Below, piece after piece: positions 39,115-48,514 of a stretch of DNA of 64,000 nt. The position numbers were made by a program, and so were the translations under genes. Origin of the DNA: an uncultured Eubacterium sp. GTDB lineage: Bacteria; Bacillota; Clostridia; Lachnospirales; Lachnospiraceae. The stretch is from assembly GCA_900547255.1 (NCBI GenBank), contig URGC01000001.1, positions 308-64,307 of the forward strand, written 5' to 3'. Position 1 is the stretch's first letter. The number at the start of each line of letters is the position of its first letter. The notes below the pieces were generated by a model, which was not told the DNA's origin, did not search any database, and was given only the letters and a program-made list of their open reading frames with translations.

Positions 39115-39250
39115 TTCCTTATAATAATCTATTAGATGAAAAAATGCAATACCAGATTATGAATTATATGCAAGAATATTCATAATAATTGCATAATTAT
39201 AAAAAATATGCAAAAAGGTATTTACATCATTAAAAAAGTTGCTATAATGA
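39115..39250. promoter_or_regulatory. Divergent argG/argCBD control region with AT-rich ARG-box-like repeats (TGAAT...TGCA)
   Basis: Repeated TGAATTATATGCAAG, AATATTCATAATAATTGCATAATTAT and AAATATGCAAA match the Gram-positive ArgR/AhrC half-site pattern. Confidence 0.35.
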
Positions 39251-39290
39251 AATGAGTTTAAAAAGCCAGTTGCAGGAATGGAGAAAAGAT

Positions 39291-40337
39291 ATGATTAAAG
39301 TAGGTATAATTGGTTCAACAGGCTATGCCGGTAATGAATTAGTAAGAATTCTTCTTGGACATAAGGATGCAGAGGTTGTGTGGTATGGTTCAAGAAGCTA
39401 TATTGACCAGAAGTATGCGGATGTATATAGGAATATGTTCCAGTTAGTTGATGCTACATGCATGGATGATAATATGGATGAGCTGGCTAAGCAGGTGGAT
39501 GTTATATTTACAGCAACACCACAGGGATTATGTGCATCATTAGTTAATGAGGATGTATTAAATAAGGTAAAGATAATAGATTTAAGTGCTGATTTCAGAT
39601 TGAAAGATGTTAATATCTATGAGCAGTGGTATAAGATTGAACATAAGGCACCACAGTACATTGATGAGGCTGTGTATGGATTATGTGAGATTAACAGAGA
39701 TAAGATTACAGATAAGACAAGAATCGTAGCTAATCCAGGATGTTATACAACAACATCTATCCTTACATTATATCCATGTGTAAAGGAAGGACTTATTGAC
39801 ACAGATTCAATTATAATAGATGCAAAGAGCGGTACATCAGGTGCTGGACGTGGAGCTAAGATACCTAATCTGTTCTGCGAGGTTAATGAAAGCATGAAGG
39901 CATATGGTGTTGGTACACACCGCCACACTCCTGAGATTGAGGAACAGCTTGGATATGCATGCGGAAGAGATGACCTTAAGTTAATATTTACACCACACCT
40001 TGTTCCTATGAACAGAGGTATTCTTGTAACTGCATATGCAAATCTTAAGAAGGATGTTACATATGAAGAGGTTAAGGCTGTATATGACAAGTATTACAGT
40101 AATGAATATTTTGTGAGAGTACTCGATAAAGATGTATGCCCAGAGACAAGATGGGTTGAGGGAAGCAACTTTGTTGATATTGGTTTCAAGATTGAGCCAA
40201 GAACACACAGACTTATCATGATGGGCGCACTTGATAATCTTGTTAAGGGTGCTGCTGGCCAGGCTGTACAGAATATGAATATATTATTTGGACTTCCAGA
40301 GAACGAGGGCTTACAGATGGCTCCAATGTTCCCATAG
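39291..40337 (+). CDS. argC: N-acetyl-gamma-glutamyl-phosphate reductase
   Basis: ORF 39252..40337. ATG 39291 follows GGAGAAAAG and gives MIKVGIIGSTGYAGNELVRIL. Confidence 0.95.
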   Translation: MIKVGIIGSTGYAGNELVRILLGHKDAEVVWYGSRSYIDQKYADVYRNMFQLVDATCMDDNMDELAKQVDVIFTATPQGLCASLVNEDVLNKVKIIDLSADFRLKDVNIYEQWYKIEHKAPQYIDEAVYGLCEINRDKITDKTRIVANPGCYTTTSILTLYPCVKEGLIDTDSIIIDAKSGTSGAGRGAKIPNLFCEVNESMKAYGVGTHRHTPEIEEQLGYACGRDDLKLIFTPHLVPMNRGILVTAYANLKKDVTYEEVKAVYDKYYSNEYFVRVLDKDVCPETRWVEGSNFVDIGFKIEPRTHRLIMMGALDNLVKGAAGQAVQNMNILFGLPENEGLQMAPMFP

Positions 40338-40370
40338 AACATTTCTATTAAGAATATAAGGAGAATTACG

Positions 40371-41267
40371 ATGGATATTAATTCAGAATTAGCAAAAGCA
40401 CAGGTACTTGTAGAGGCATTGCCATATATACAGAAGTTTAACAGAAAGATAATTGTTGTTAAATACGGCGGAAGTGCCATGGTAGATGAAGAACTTAAAA
40501 GAAAAGTCATACAGGATGTAGTTCTTCTTAAACTTGTTGGTTTCAAGCCAATCATTGTTCATGGTGGCGGCAAGGAAATCAGCAAATGGGTTGCAAAGTC
40601 AGGAATGGAGCCAAGATTTGTTAATGGACTTCGTGTTACTGATGAGCCAACTATGGAGATAGCTGAGATGGTTCTGAATAAAGTTAACAAGAGCCTTGTA
40701 TCACTTATAGAGGAGCTTGGTGTTAAAGCCTGCGGAATAAGTGGTAAAGATGGCGGCATGTTAAAGGTAGAAAAGAAGCTTTCAGGCGGGGAAGATATAG
40801 GATATGTAGGAGAAGTCAAAGAAGTAGACACAACACTTATCCAGTCTCTTTTAAAGGATGATTTCCTTCCAGTAATTTGTCCAATAGGATATGATGATGA
40901 TTATCATGCATACAATATCAATGCAGATGATGCAGCATGCGCTATAGCGAGAGCTGTCAACGCAGAGAAGCTTGCATTCCTTACAGATATTGAAGGCGTA
41001 TACAGAGATTATGAGGACAAGAGTTCTCTTATATCTGAGTTATCTGTATCAGAGGCAAAGGAACTTCTTGCAGGTGGCACAATTGGCGGAGGAATGCTTC
41101 CTAAGCTTAATAACTGTATAGATGCAGTTGAAAATGGTGTATCAAGAGTGCATATTCTTGATGGACGTATTCCACACTGTTTGTTACTTGAGATATTTAC
41201 TAACAAGGGTATCGGTACAGCAATCTTAGGTGACACTTCAGAGAGATTTTTCTCAACTAATATATAA
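40371..41267 (+). CDS. argB: Acetylglutamate kinase
   Basis: Amino-acid kinase family with the typical [10 protein letters not shown]-terminus. Confidence 0.95.
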   Translation: MDINSELAKAQVLVEALPYIQKFNRKIIVVKYGGSAMVDEELKRKVIQDVVLLKLVGFKPIIVHGGGKEISKWVAKSGMEPRFVNGLRVTDEPTMEIAEMVLNKVNKSLVSLIEELGVKACGISGKDGGMLKVEKKLSGGEDIGYVGEVKEVDTTLIQSLLKDDFLPVICPIGYDDDYHAYNINADDAACAIARAVNAEKLAFLTDIEGVYRDYEDKSSLISELSVSEAKELLAGGTIGGGMLPKLNNCIDAVENGVSRVHILDGRIPHCLLLEIFTNKGIGTAILGDTSERFFSTNI

Positions 41268-41296
41268 TTCAAGCAATGTAATATATAACGAAAGGC

Positions 41297-42502
41297 ATGG
41301 TAAAATTCATGGATACAAAGCAGATAATAGATGAGGCAGAGTCGCATCTTATTCATACATATAACAGGTATCAGATAGTTCTTGATAAAGGTGACGGGGT
41401 AAGATTATACGATACAGATGGCAAGGAATATCTTGATTTTGGTGCAGGTATAGCTGTATTTGCATTAGGTTATAATAACAAAGAGTACAACGATGCATTA
41501 AAGGCACAGGTAGACAAGCTTATACACACATCTAACTACTTCTACAATGAGCCTGCTGCACACGCAGCCAAGCTTATAACTAAGGCTTCTGGAATGGACA
41601 GGGTATTCTTTACTAACTCTGGTACAGAGGCTGTAGAGGGTGCTATCAAGCTTGCAAAGAAGTATGCATATCTAAAGAGTGGTTCAACAGACCATGAGAT
41701 AATAGCTATGGAACATTCATTCCACGGAAGAAGTATGGGAGCACTTGCGGTTACAGGCAACCGTCATTATCAGGAAGCATTTGGACCAATGATTCCAGGA
41801 ATCAAATTTGCCAAGTATAATGACCTTGAAAGCGTTAAATCATTAGTTAATGATAAGACATGTGCTATTATATTCGAGACAGTCCAGGGCGAGGGTGGAG
41901 TTTATCCAGCCAAGAAAGAATTTATTGAAGGCGTTAGAAAGTTATGTGATGAGAAGGGAATACTTCTTATCCTTGATGAGATTCAGTGCGGAATGGGACG
42001 TACTGGTTCAATGTATGCATATCAGCAGTATGGCGTTAAGCCTGATATCGTGACAACTGCCAAAGCACTCGGCTGTGGTGTGCCTGTTGGTGCATTTATG
42101 GCAACAGAGGAGGTCGCAAAGGCACTTGTTCCGGGTGACCATGGTACAACTTATGGTGGTAACCCACTTGCCTGCGCAGCAGCAGTTAAGGTATTTGAAT
42201 TATTTGAAAAGCTTCATGTTACAGACAATGTCAAGGTTGTAGGTGAATATCTTGCAGTTAAGTTACAGGAGCTTGTATCTGAATATGACTGCGTTAAAGA
42301 GGAAAGAGGAATGGGACTTATTCAGGGTATAGAACTCACAGTTAATCCTAAGGATGTTATCCAGAAATGTCTTGATAACGGACTTATCCTTTTCTCAGCA
42401 GGAACTAATGTAATCAGATTCGTTCCACCACTTGTTATTACTAAGGCTGATGTGGATGAGATGATAACTAAATTAAAGAAAGCACTTGATGATATTGCCT
42501 AA
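41297..42502 (+). CDS. argD: Acetylornithine aminotransferase
   Basis: Class III PLP aminotransferase, adjacent to argB. Confidence 0.85.
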   Translation: MVKFMDTKQIIDEAESHLIHTYNRYQIVLDKGDGVRLYDTDGKEYLDFGAGIAVFALGYNNKEYNDALKAQVDKLIHTSNYFYNEPAAHAAKLITKASGMDRVFFTNSGTEAVEGAIKLAKKYAYLKSGSTDHEIIAMEHSFHGRSMGALAVTGNRHYQEAFGPMIPGIKFAKYNDLESVKSLVNDKTCAIIFETVQGEGGVYPAKKEFIEGVRKLCDEKGILLILDEIQCGMGRTGSMYAYQQYGVKPDIVTTAKALGCGVPVGAFMATEEVAKALVPGDHGTTYGGNPLACAAAVKVFELFEKLHVTDNVKVVGEYLAVKLQELVSEYDCVKEERGMGLIQGIELTVNPKDVIQKCLDNGLILFSAGTNVIRFVPPLVITKADVDEMITKLKKALDDIA

Positions 42503-42526
42503 AGTCTTGGCAATATGGAGGAATAC

Positions 42527-43762
42527 ATGAGAGTACTTAAAAAGACTATAATTACAGTCCTTACATTGTGCATGGTGATGGGGCTGACTGCGTGTGATAA
42601 AAATGCAGCCAAGAGCCTTGATATAGAAGAGCCTGTCACAATAAATGTATGGTATCAGGACGATAAGTTCACAGATTATATTGATTATGTTGCTAAGACA
42701 TTTTCTAAAGATAATAGTCTTGTGACTATTAATTATCAGCTTGTTACAGAGGATAATTATGTTGAGCGTCTGTATGAGGAGAGTGTTCACGGCAATAATG
42801 CACCAGATATATTTTTTATGAATACAGATAATCTTGAGAAGGCAAGCCTTATGGGATTAATCTCTGAGAACAGCTCATACAGCCAGTATTATACAGAGAA
42901 GAATTACAGCAATACAGCACTTACTGCTGCTTCTTATAAGGGTAAGCTTTATGGATATCCAATCAGCTTTAATGTGGCATTTCTGCTGTACAATGCAGAT
43001 GTTGCATCTGAGGTTTCTAATTTTAAAGAGTTAGAGAATTATTGTAATAATTATATAGTTGATGATAAGAATCAGGACATAACAAATCTTGTATTGTGGA
43101 ATCCATCGGATATGTTTATCAATTATGCATTTTCATGCAACAGTATTAATCTTGGCGGGACAAGTGGTGACGACAGCAGCCAGCTTTCAGTCAACAAGGA
43201 GCTTCTGTCAAAGGGCATGGAGAATTTCTTAAAGCAGAAGGATATATTCGGCATTGAGCGTAATGCTTACACAATAGAAGAGATTATGAAGCAGTTTGCA
43301 GATGGCAAGGTGGCGTACACAATAACGGATGCCAATCATCTAAAGACGGTTACTGATTCATCAATCAATTATGGTATATGTGATGTACCTGATTTTGATG
43401 GCGGGCTTAACACTGTGAGCATATCAGAAAATATCTGTGCATTTGTTAATCCATATGCAGGTCAGTTAAAGACAGCCAAGGCTGTTGCTCATGCACTTAG
43501 TTACGACTATTCTGATTCGCTATATGATTTGTCTGGGGCAGTAAGCTCTAAGATTGTAAAATCTAAAGATGCATCATATGCGACACGTATGGGTAAACTG
43601 TATGATATCTATGCATCCTCTGATGTTAAGGCAAAATTCATGGGAAGTGCATATTTTTACACCAAATATGACATCATGATTCATCAGGTCTGGGATGGCG
43701 AAGATTTCAAGACAACTATAGACAGCTTTGTCAACGAGATACAGAACAAAAAGAATAATTAG
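42527..43762 (+). CDS. Extracellular solute-binding lipoprotein (ABC transporter SBP family 1-like)
   Basis: ORF 42515..43762. A GGAGG RBS is embedded before ATG 42527. Lipobox LTAC. Confidence 0.55.
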   Translation: MRVLKKTIITVLTLCMVMGLTACDKNAAKSLDIEEPVTINVWYQDDKFTDYIDYVAKTFSKDNSLVTINYQLVTEDNYVERLYEESVHGNNAPDIFFMNTDNLEKASLMGLISENSSYSQYYTEKNYSNTALTAASYKGKLYGYPISFNVAFLLYNADVASEVSNFKELENYCNNYIVDDKNQDITNLVLWNPSDMFINYAFSCNSINLGGTSGDDSSQLSVNKELLSKGMENFLKQKDIFGIERNAYTIEEIMKQFADGKVAYTITDANHLKTVTDSSINYGICDVPDFDGGLNTVSISENICAFVNPYAGQLKTAKAVAHALSYDYSDSLYDLSGAVSSKIVKSKDASYATRMGKLYDIYASSDVKAKFMGSAYFYTKYDIMIHQVWDGEDFKTTIDSFVNEIQNKKNN

Positions 43763-43820
43763 TATATTTTTCCTGCCATTGGGGTATAGTATTAATAATT
43801 TATTAATACGGAGGTGCCAG

Positions 43821-44267
43821 ATGGCAGGATTTTTAATTGCTATGTTAAGCGGTGCGCTTATGAGTATTCAGGGAACATTCAACACAGGGGTTACCAAGGC
43901 GAGCAGTATATGGGTGGCGGCAGGTTTTGTGCAGTTGACGGCATTTGCGACATGCCTTGTTATGTGGCTTGTAAACGGAAGACCACAGATTATGGGGTTA
44001 TTCACTGTTACACCTAAGATTGCCCTGCTTGGCGGTGTTATAGGTGCATTCATAACTTATACAGTTATTCAGGCTATATCATCACTTGGTGTTGCAAAGG
44101 CAGAGATAGTTATAGTTATCTCGCAGATTGCGGTGGCATATGTGATAGAGCTTCTGGGGTTGTTTGGAAGCGAAAAGGCAGCATTTTCGTGGGTGAAGGT
44201 GCTGGGAATCGGGATGTCGATAGCGGGGGTGATTGTGTTTTCTTTGTGTGGGAATACGGGGAAATAG
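43821..44267 (+). CDS. DMT-superfamily small membrane protein (DUF606/YdcZ-like)
   Basis: ORF 43728..44267. GGAGGTGCCAG precedes ATG 43821. Four to five TM helices. Confidence 0.6.
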   Translation: MAGFLIAMLSGALMSIQGTFNTGVTKASSIWVAAGFVQLTAFATCLVMWLVNGRPQIMGLFTVTPKIALLGGVIGAFITYTVIQAISSLGVAKAEIVIVISQIAVAYVIELLGLFGSEKAAFSWVKVLGIGMSIAGVIVFSLCGNTGK

Positions 44268-44274
44268 AGGAGGA

Positions 44275-44355
44275 AATTCTCACGCCTGCCTGTGCCAAGC
44301 CATGGCGGCTGACAGCTATTTCCGCCACGGCTTGGCACAGGCAGGCGTGAGAATT
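44275..44355. repeat. Long near-perfect palindrome (34-bp stem, 13-nt loop CTGACAGCTATTT), no U-tract
   Basis: AATTCTCACGCCTGCCTGTGCCAAGCCATGGCGG / CCGCCACGGCTTGGCACAGGCAGGCGTGAGAATT with one mismatch. Confidence 0.6.
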
Positions 44356-44455
44356 TATAGCGGTTTGCGTTGTCAAGAGCGGTGAGATGTAATATAATGA
44401 AAATACTTTTATGACAGTAGATAATACATAGGTTAATTTGGAGGATAAGATTAGG

Positions 44456-45670
44456 ATGGAAGATTTGTATAAGGTACAGGGCAGCGTGCTGCTTAAGAAA
44501 GGGGAAGGAAGAACTATCAAGGCTGGCGGTATGTGGGTTTTTGATAATGAGATAGATAAAGTGGACGATGGGGTTTGTGATGGCGGACTTGTTGAGGTGC
44601 ATGATTTTGATGGATATTTTATGGGGATTGGATTCATCAACAGAAAGTCTAAGATTACAGTGAGAATGTTATCAAGAAGAGAGCATAATGTTGACAAGGC
44701 ATTTATAGAGGCAAGAGTCAGGGCGGCAGTTGATTACAGATTAAAGACTGTTGATACTTCATCATGTAGAATGATATTCGGGGAGGCTGATTTCCTGCCG
44801 GGAATAGTTATAGATAAGTTCTCAGATGTTCTGGTTGTTGAATCGAATGCATTAGGAATAGACAGGCTTAAAATGGATATTATTGATGCATTGAAATCTT
44901 ATCTTGCTGAAAATGGAATGCCAATAAGAGGCGTATATGAGCGAAGTGATGCAAAGGTGCGTCTGCTTGAGGGAATGGAGCGTATTAAAGGCTTTATTGG
45001 CGATGAATTTGATACTAAGATTCAGATAGAGGAGAATGGCGTTAAATATTATGTTGATGTTCAGGATGGACAAAAGACAGGATTTTTCCTTGACCAGAAA
45101 TATAACCGTCTGGCTGTACGCAAGCTGTGCAAGGATGCAAAGGTGCTTGACTGCTTCACACATACAGGCTCATTTGCACTTAATGCGGGCTACGCAGGAG
45201 CTAAGAGCGTGTTGGGAGTAGATGCATCTATGCTTGCAGTTGAACAGGCGACAGAGAATGCAAAGCTTAACGGATTGTCAGACACTGTTAAGTTTAAATG
45301 TGTTGATGTATTTGAACTTTTACCAGAATTAGAGAAGCAGGGTGAAAAATTTGACGTAGTAATTCTTGACCCACCAGCATTTACTAAATCAAGAAGTTCA
45401 ATCAAGAATGCGGTTAAGGGCTACAGAGAGATTAATCTTCGTGGAATGAAGCTTGTCAAGGACGGAGGTTTCCTTGCAACATGTTCGTGCTCACATTTCA
45501 TGGATCCAGAGCTGTTTACTAAGACAATTGGTGAGGCTGCCAAGAATGTACATAAACGCCTCCGTCAGATTGAATACCGCACACAGGCTCCAGACCACCC
45601 AATCCTCTGGGATTCTAATGAGTCACTTTATCTGAAGTTTTATATTTTTCAGGTGGTTGAGGAGAAGTAG
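44456..45670 (+). CDS. Class I SAM-dependent rRNA methyltransferase with PUA domain (RlmI-like)
   Basis: PUA-like N-terminus and SAM-binding motifs (VLDCFTHTGSF, ILDPPAF). The ORF has a TTG at 44438; ATG 44456 lies after GGAGG. Confidence 0.8.
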   Translation: MEDLYKVQGSVLLKKGEGRTIKAGGMWVFDNEIDKVDDGVCDGGLVEVHDFDGYFMGIGFINRKSKITVRMLSRREHNVDKAFIEARVRAAVDYRLKTVDTSSCRMIFGEADFLPGIVIDKFSDVLVVESNALGIDRLKMDIIDALKSYLAENGMPIRGVYERSDAKVRLLEGMERIKGFIGDEFDTKIQIEENGVKYYVDVQDGQKTGFFLDQKYNRLAVRKLCKDAKVLDCFTHTGSFALNAGYAGAKSVLGVDASMLAVEQATENAKLNGLSDTVKFKCVDVFELLPELEKQGEKFDVVILDPPAFTKSRSSIKNAVKGYREINLRGMKLVKDGGFLATCSCSHFMDPELFTKTIGEAAKNVHKRLRQIEYRTQAPDHPILWDSNESLYLKFYIFQVVEEK

Positions 45671-45857
45671 GGCACTGAAGTATTGAAAAGTCCAGTGTTT
45701 ATGGGAATTGGATTTTTTGTGTTTTAGATAGTGAGGTGTCCTGAAATTCAATAGGGGGGTGAAATTTGAATTTATAGAGGAAATTCGATGATTAGAAAAT
45801 ATAGAGAAAGTGATTTGCCTGTTGTCAGAGGACATTTGCAAAAAAAATTAACAAAAA

Positions 45858-46520
45858 ATGCTTAGACTAAGGGGGAATAAAGCATATGGGATTATTTGGA
45901 TTTGGAAAAAAAAGGAAGTTGTTGTTACACCGGAAACATTTGAGAAGATAGTAGCACTGATTACAGATGATGCTTCCGTACAGGAGACAGCATCCAGATA
46001 TTTTATGAATACCGCTGCTTATTATGCAGAGAATGCAGAGGATTTGAAGGAATACAAGGTAGAAGAAACCGATACGTGTGAGCTTTCATGGAGAGCATTG
46101 ATGAGTGTCCTGCTTGAAAATGGTATTACAGTACAGGTGGAGGACCTCGAATATCTGGAAGGCTTCCGGGAGTACATGGGAGATTTGGCAGCAAAGAAGA
46201 ACCTGCCGTTTGATGAAGAGTGGTTTAGTGATGACATAATATATAATTCATTGAAAGACCCTGTGATGCGTGAGCCGGATTTGTTTTATGACATATTCCC
46301 GGATTTTGATACGGAATCTCTGGTTGAGTGGCTTGAGAAGCTGGAAGAGGAATGGGGAGATACCAATTATGCAATTGCTTCCATGAAATACGAAACAAAG
46401 TGCTTAACCCGTCCGAGCATGATTATTATGTTTATTATGAAGTCTGATAAGATTCAGGAATTGAAGCGGTTGGCAAAATCGACCAATCATAAGGCCGGTG
46501 ACGCACATGCCTGCTGGTAG
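45858..46520 (+). CDS. Acidic cytoplasmic hypothetical protein; annotated start probably wrong because of the A8 tract at 45906-45913
   Basis: ATG 45858 has no RBS. ATG 45886 is preceded by AAGGGGGA but is out of frame by 1 nt through A8. GC-richer codon usage than its neighbours. Confidence 0.5.
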   Translation: MLRLRGNKAYGIIWIWKKKEVVVTPETFEKIVALITDDASVQETASRYFMNTAAYYAENAEDLKEYKVEETDTCELSWRALMSVLLENGITVQVEDLEYLEGFREYMGDLAAKKNLPFDEEWFSDDIIYNSLKDPVMREPDLFYDIFPDFDTESLVEWLEKLEEEWGDTNYAIASMKYETKCLTRPSMIIMFIMKSDKIQELKRLAKSTNHKAGDAHACW

Positions 46521-46850
46521 GCAAAACGAATAAGATAACAGAAATCAAACTTTTGAGCCATAGAGCTTGACGTTCAAAGGAAACAATATGCAGATATATT
46601 TCTCTGGTGCTTGCGGTGTTGTCAGGTTCTAGGTGATATGAGAAGTGTGTAATTGACGAAACTGGTCTCACAGGTTGTGGTTATGGCTTTGGACATCGCA
46701 ATGAGGCATTTGAAGCACATTCTAATGATAAAGATTCTTTTACACAAAAAAAGCAACAAAGAAAGTTGATTATGAAGGAAACAAAGAATGTTATTTTAAA
46801 ACTCCGTACTTAAGATACTTCCAATAATCAAATTTTGGAGGATAAACCCT

Positions 46851-47042
46851 ATGAAATGCCTTATGTCTTGCGCCTATAATATGGATACCTGCTGTGTGGA
46901 ACTGAAATTCAGCGACGGCAGTATGATTGACATTGACACCATCGCCGTGGAGAACGAGGTTGCCAAGAATATGTATCAAAGATCAGAACTGGACTATCTG
47001 ATTTATAATGACCCTGTTGGGTATCCCGCCTGTGCGAGCTAA
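46851..47042 (+). CDS. Small hypothetical protein (63 aa, Cys-rich N-terminus)
   Basis: Strong RBS TGGAGGATAAACCCT-ATG. Followed directly by an intrinsic terminator. Confidence 0.45.
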   Translation: MKCLMSCAYNMDTCCVELKFSDGSMIDIDTIAVENEVAKNMYQRSELDYLIYNDPVGYPACAS

Positions 47043-47066
47043 AAGCTGGTGCAGGCGGGATTTTTA
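47025..47066 (+). terminator. Intrinsic terminator
   Basis: CCCGCCTG...CAGGCGGG followed by TTTTT. Confidence 0.55.
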
Positions 47067-47166
47067 TCTTAATGCGAATTTAATGCGGTTAAACATACGC
47101 TAATGCCCATTTTATGCTTGATATGTGATAATAGAATCAAGAAAGCAAGCAAAGGAGGTGCTTGAC

Positions 47167-48495
47167 ATGAGGAAAGGGAAAATCCGTTTATCTTCGTCAC
47201 AAATGATTATTCTTGGCTTTGCCGCTGTTATATTGTTGGGTGCTGTTTTGTTAATGCTCCCAATATCCAGTAAAACAGGTACTGTTACCCCATTTTTAGA
47301 TTGCTTATTTACATCAACATCCGCAGTATGTGTCACAGGATTAGTGGTCTTTGATACTGCTGCCCATTGGACAGTGTTCGGGCAAAGCGTGATTCTTGTG
47401 CTGATTCAAATCGGCGGCATGGGTGTTATTACTGTGGCGGCAGCAATTACGATGGCTGCCGGAAAGAAAATATCCCTGATGCAGAGAAGCACCATGCAGG
47501 ATGCGATTTCCGCACCGCAGGTAGGTGGTATCGTTCGATTCACAGGATTTATTCTGAAAGGTATTGTGATTATCGAGGCTTTGGGCGCAGTCATTATGGC
47601 TACTGTGTTTATCCGGGATTATGGCTTCGGAGAAGGACTCTGGATGGCAGTATTCCACTCTATCTCGGCCTTCTGCAATGCCGGTTTTGACATCGTGGAT
47701 GATGGTGTTCTGTTCAATTCCTTGATGGGATATGCCGCTGACCCTGTTATCAATCTGACAATTATGCTGTTGATCATCATTGGTGGACTTGGCTTTTTGA
47801 CATGGAGAGATATATACACCAATGGCATCCATATAAAGCGATACCGTATGCAGAGTAAGGTCATTCTCGCTGTTACAGCGGGATTGATACTGGTTCCGTC
47901 GATCTATTTTTTCTTCATTGAATTTGCGCATCTGCCTTTTACCGAACGCTTATGGGGAGCCTTGTTCCAGGCGGTTACGCCGAGAACGGCAGGCTTCAAC
48001 ACAGCGGATTTGAATGCAATGAGCGAAACCGGGCAGATGCTTACATCACTGCTTATGATTATTGGTGGTGCGCCCGGTTCCACGGCTGGCGGCATGAAAG
48101 TTACCACTTTTGCGGTAATGGTATCGGTTGCTGCGGCAGTCTTTCAGAGACGTCAGAATGGCCGTTTCTTTGGACGCCGCATCGATGATGAAACCGTGAA
48201 AAATGCGGCGACGGTATTTCTTATGTATATTTCGCTATTCCTTATCGGCGGCATGGCAATCAGCAAGTTGGAAAATCTGCCAATTATGGCTTGCCTGTAC
48301 GAAAGCGCATCAGCGGTTGGAACAGTCGGTCTGTCGCTGGGTATCACCCCGGAGCTTGGCACAGTCAGCAAGCTGATTTTGATTGCACAGATGTATATTG
48401 GCAGAGTTGGCGGTCTGACGCTGATCTTCGCAACACTACCTGCAACTAAAAACACATTATCAAGGCTTCCTGTCGAGAAGATCTCGGTAGGCTAA
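47167..48495 (+). CDS. ktrB: Potassium uptake protein, TrkH/KtrB family
   Basis: ORF 47125..48495. AAAGGAGG precedes ATG 47167. Multi-TM protein with repeated GGxGG-type selectivity-filter-like glycine motifs (e.g. IGGMG, IGGLG). Confidence 0.9.
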   Translation: MRKGKIRLSSSQMIILGFAAVILLGAVLLMLPISSKTGTVTPFLDCLFTSTSAVCVTGLVVFDTAAHWTVFGQSVILVLIQIGGMGVITVAAAITMAAGKKISLMQRSTMQDAISAPQVGGIVRFTGFILKGIVIIEALGAVIMATVFIRDYGFGEGLWMAVFHSISAFCNAGFDIVDDGVLFNSLMGYAADPVINLTIMLLIIIGGLGFLTWRDIYTNGIHIKRYRMQSKVILAVTAGLILVPSIYFFFIEFAHLPFTERLWGALFQAVTPRTAGFNTADLNAMSETGQMLTSLLMIIGGAPGSTAGGMKVTTFAVMVSVAAAVFQRRQNGRFFGRRIDDETVKNAATVFLMYISLFLIGGMAISKLENLPIMACLYESASAVGTVGLSLGITPELGTVSKLILIAQMYIGRVGGLTLIFATLPATKNTLSRLPVEKISVG

Positions 48496-48514
48496 ACGCA
48501 AGGAGGTATCTGCT

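Noticed and set aside
46521-47166. c-di-AMP (ydaO) riboswitch upstream of ktrB
   Set aside because: No recognisable pseudo-two-fold ACGGGGA/CCCG-type conserved segments. The region instead contains a small RBS-equipped ORF and a terminator.
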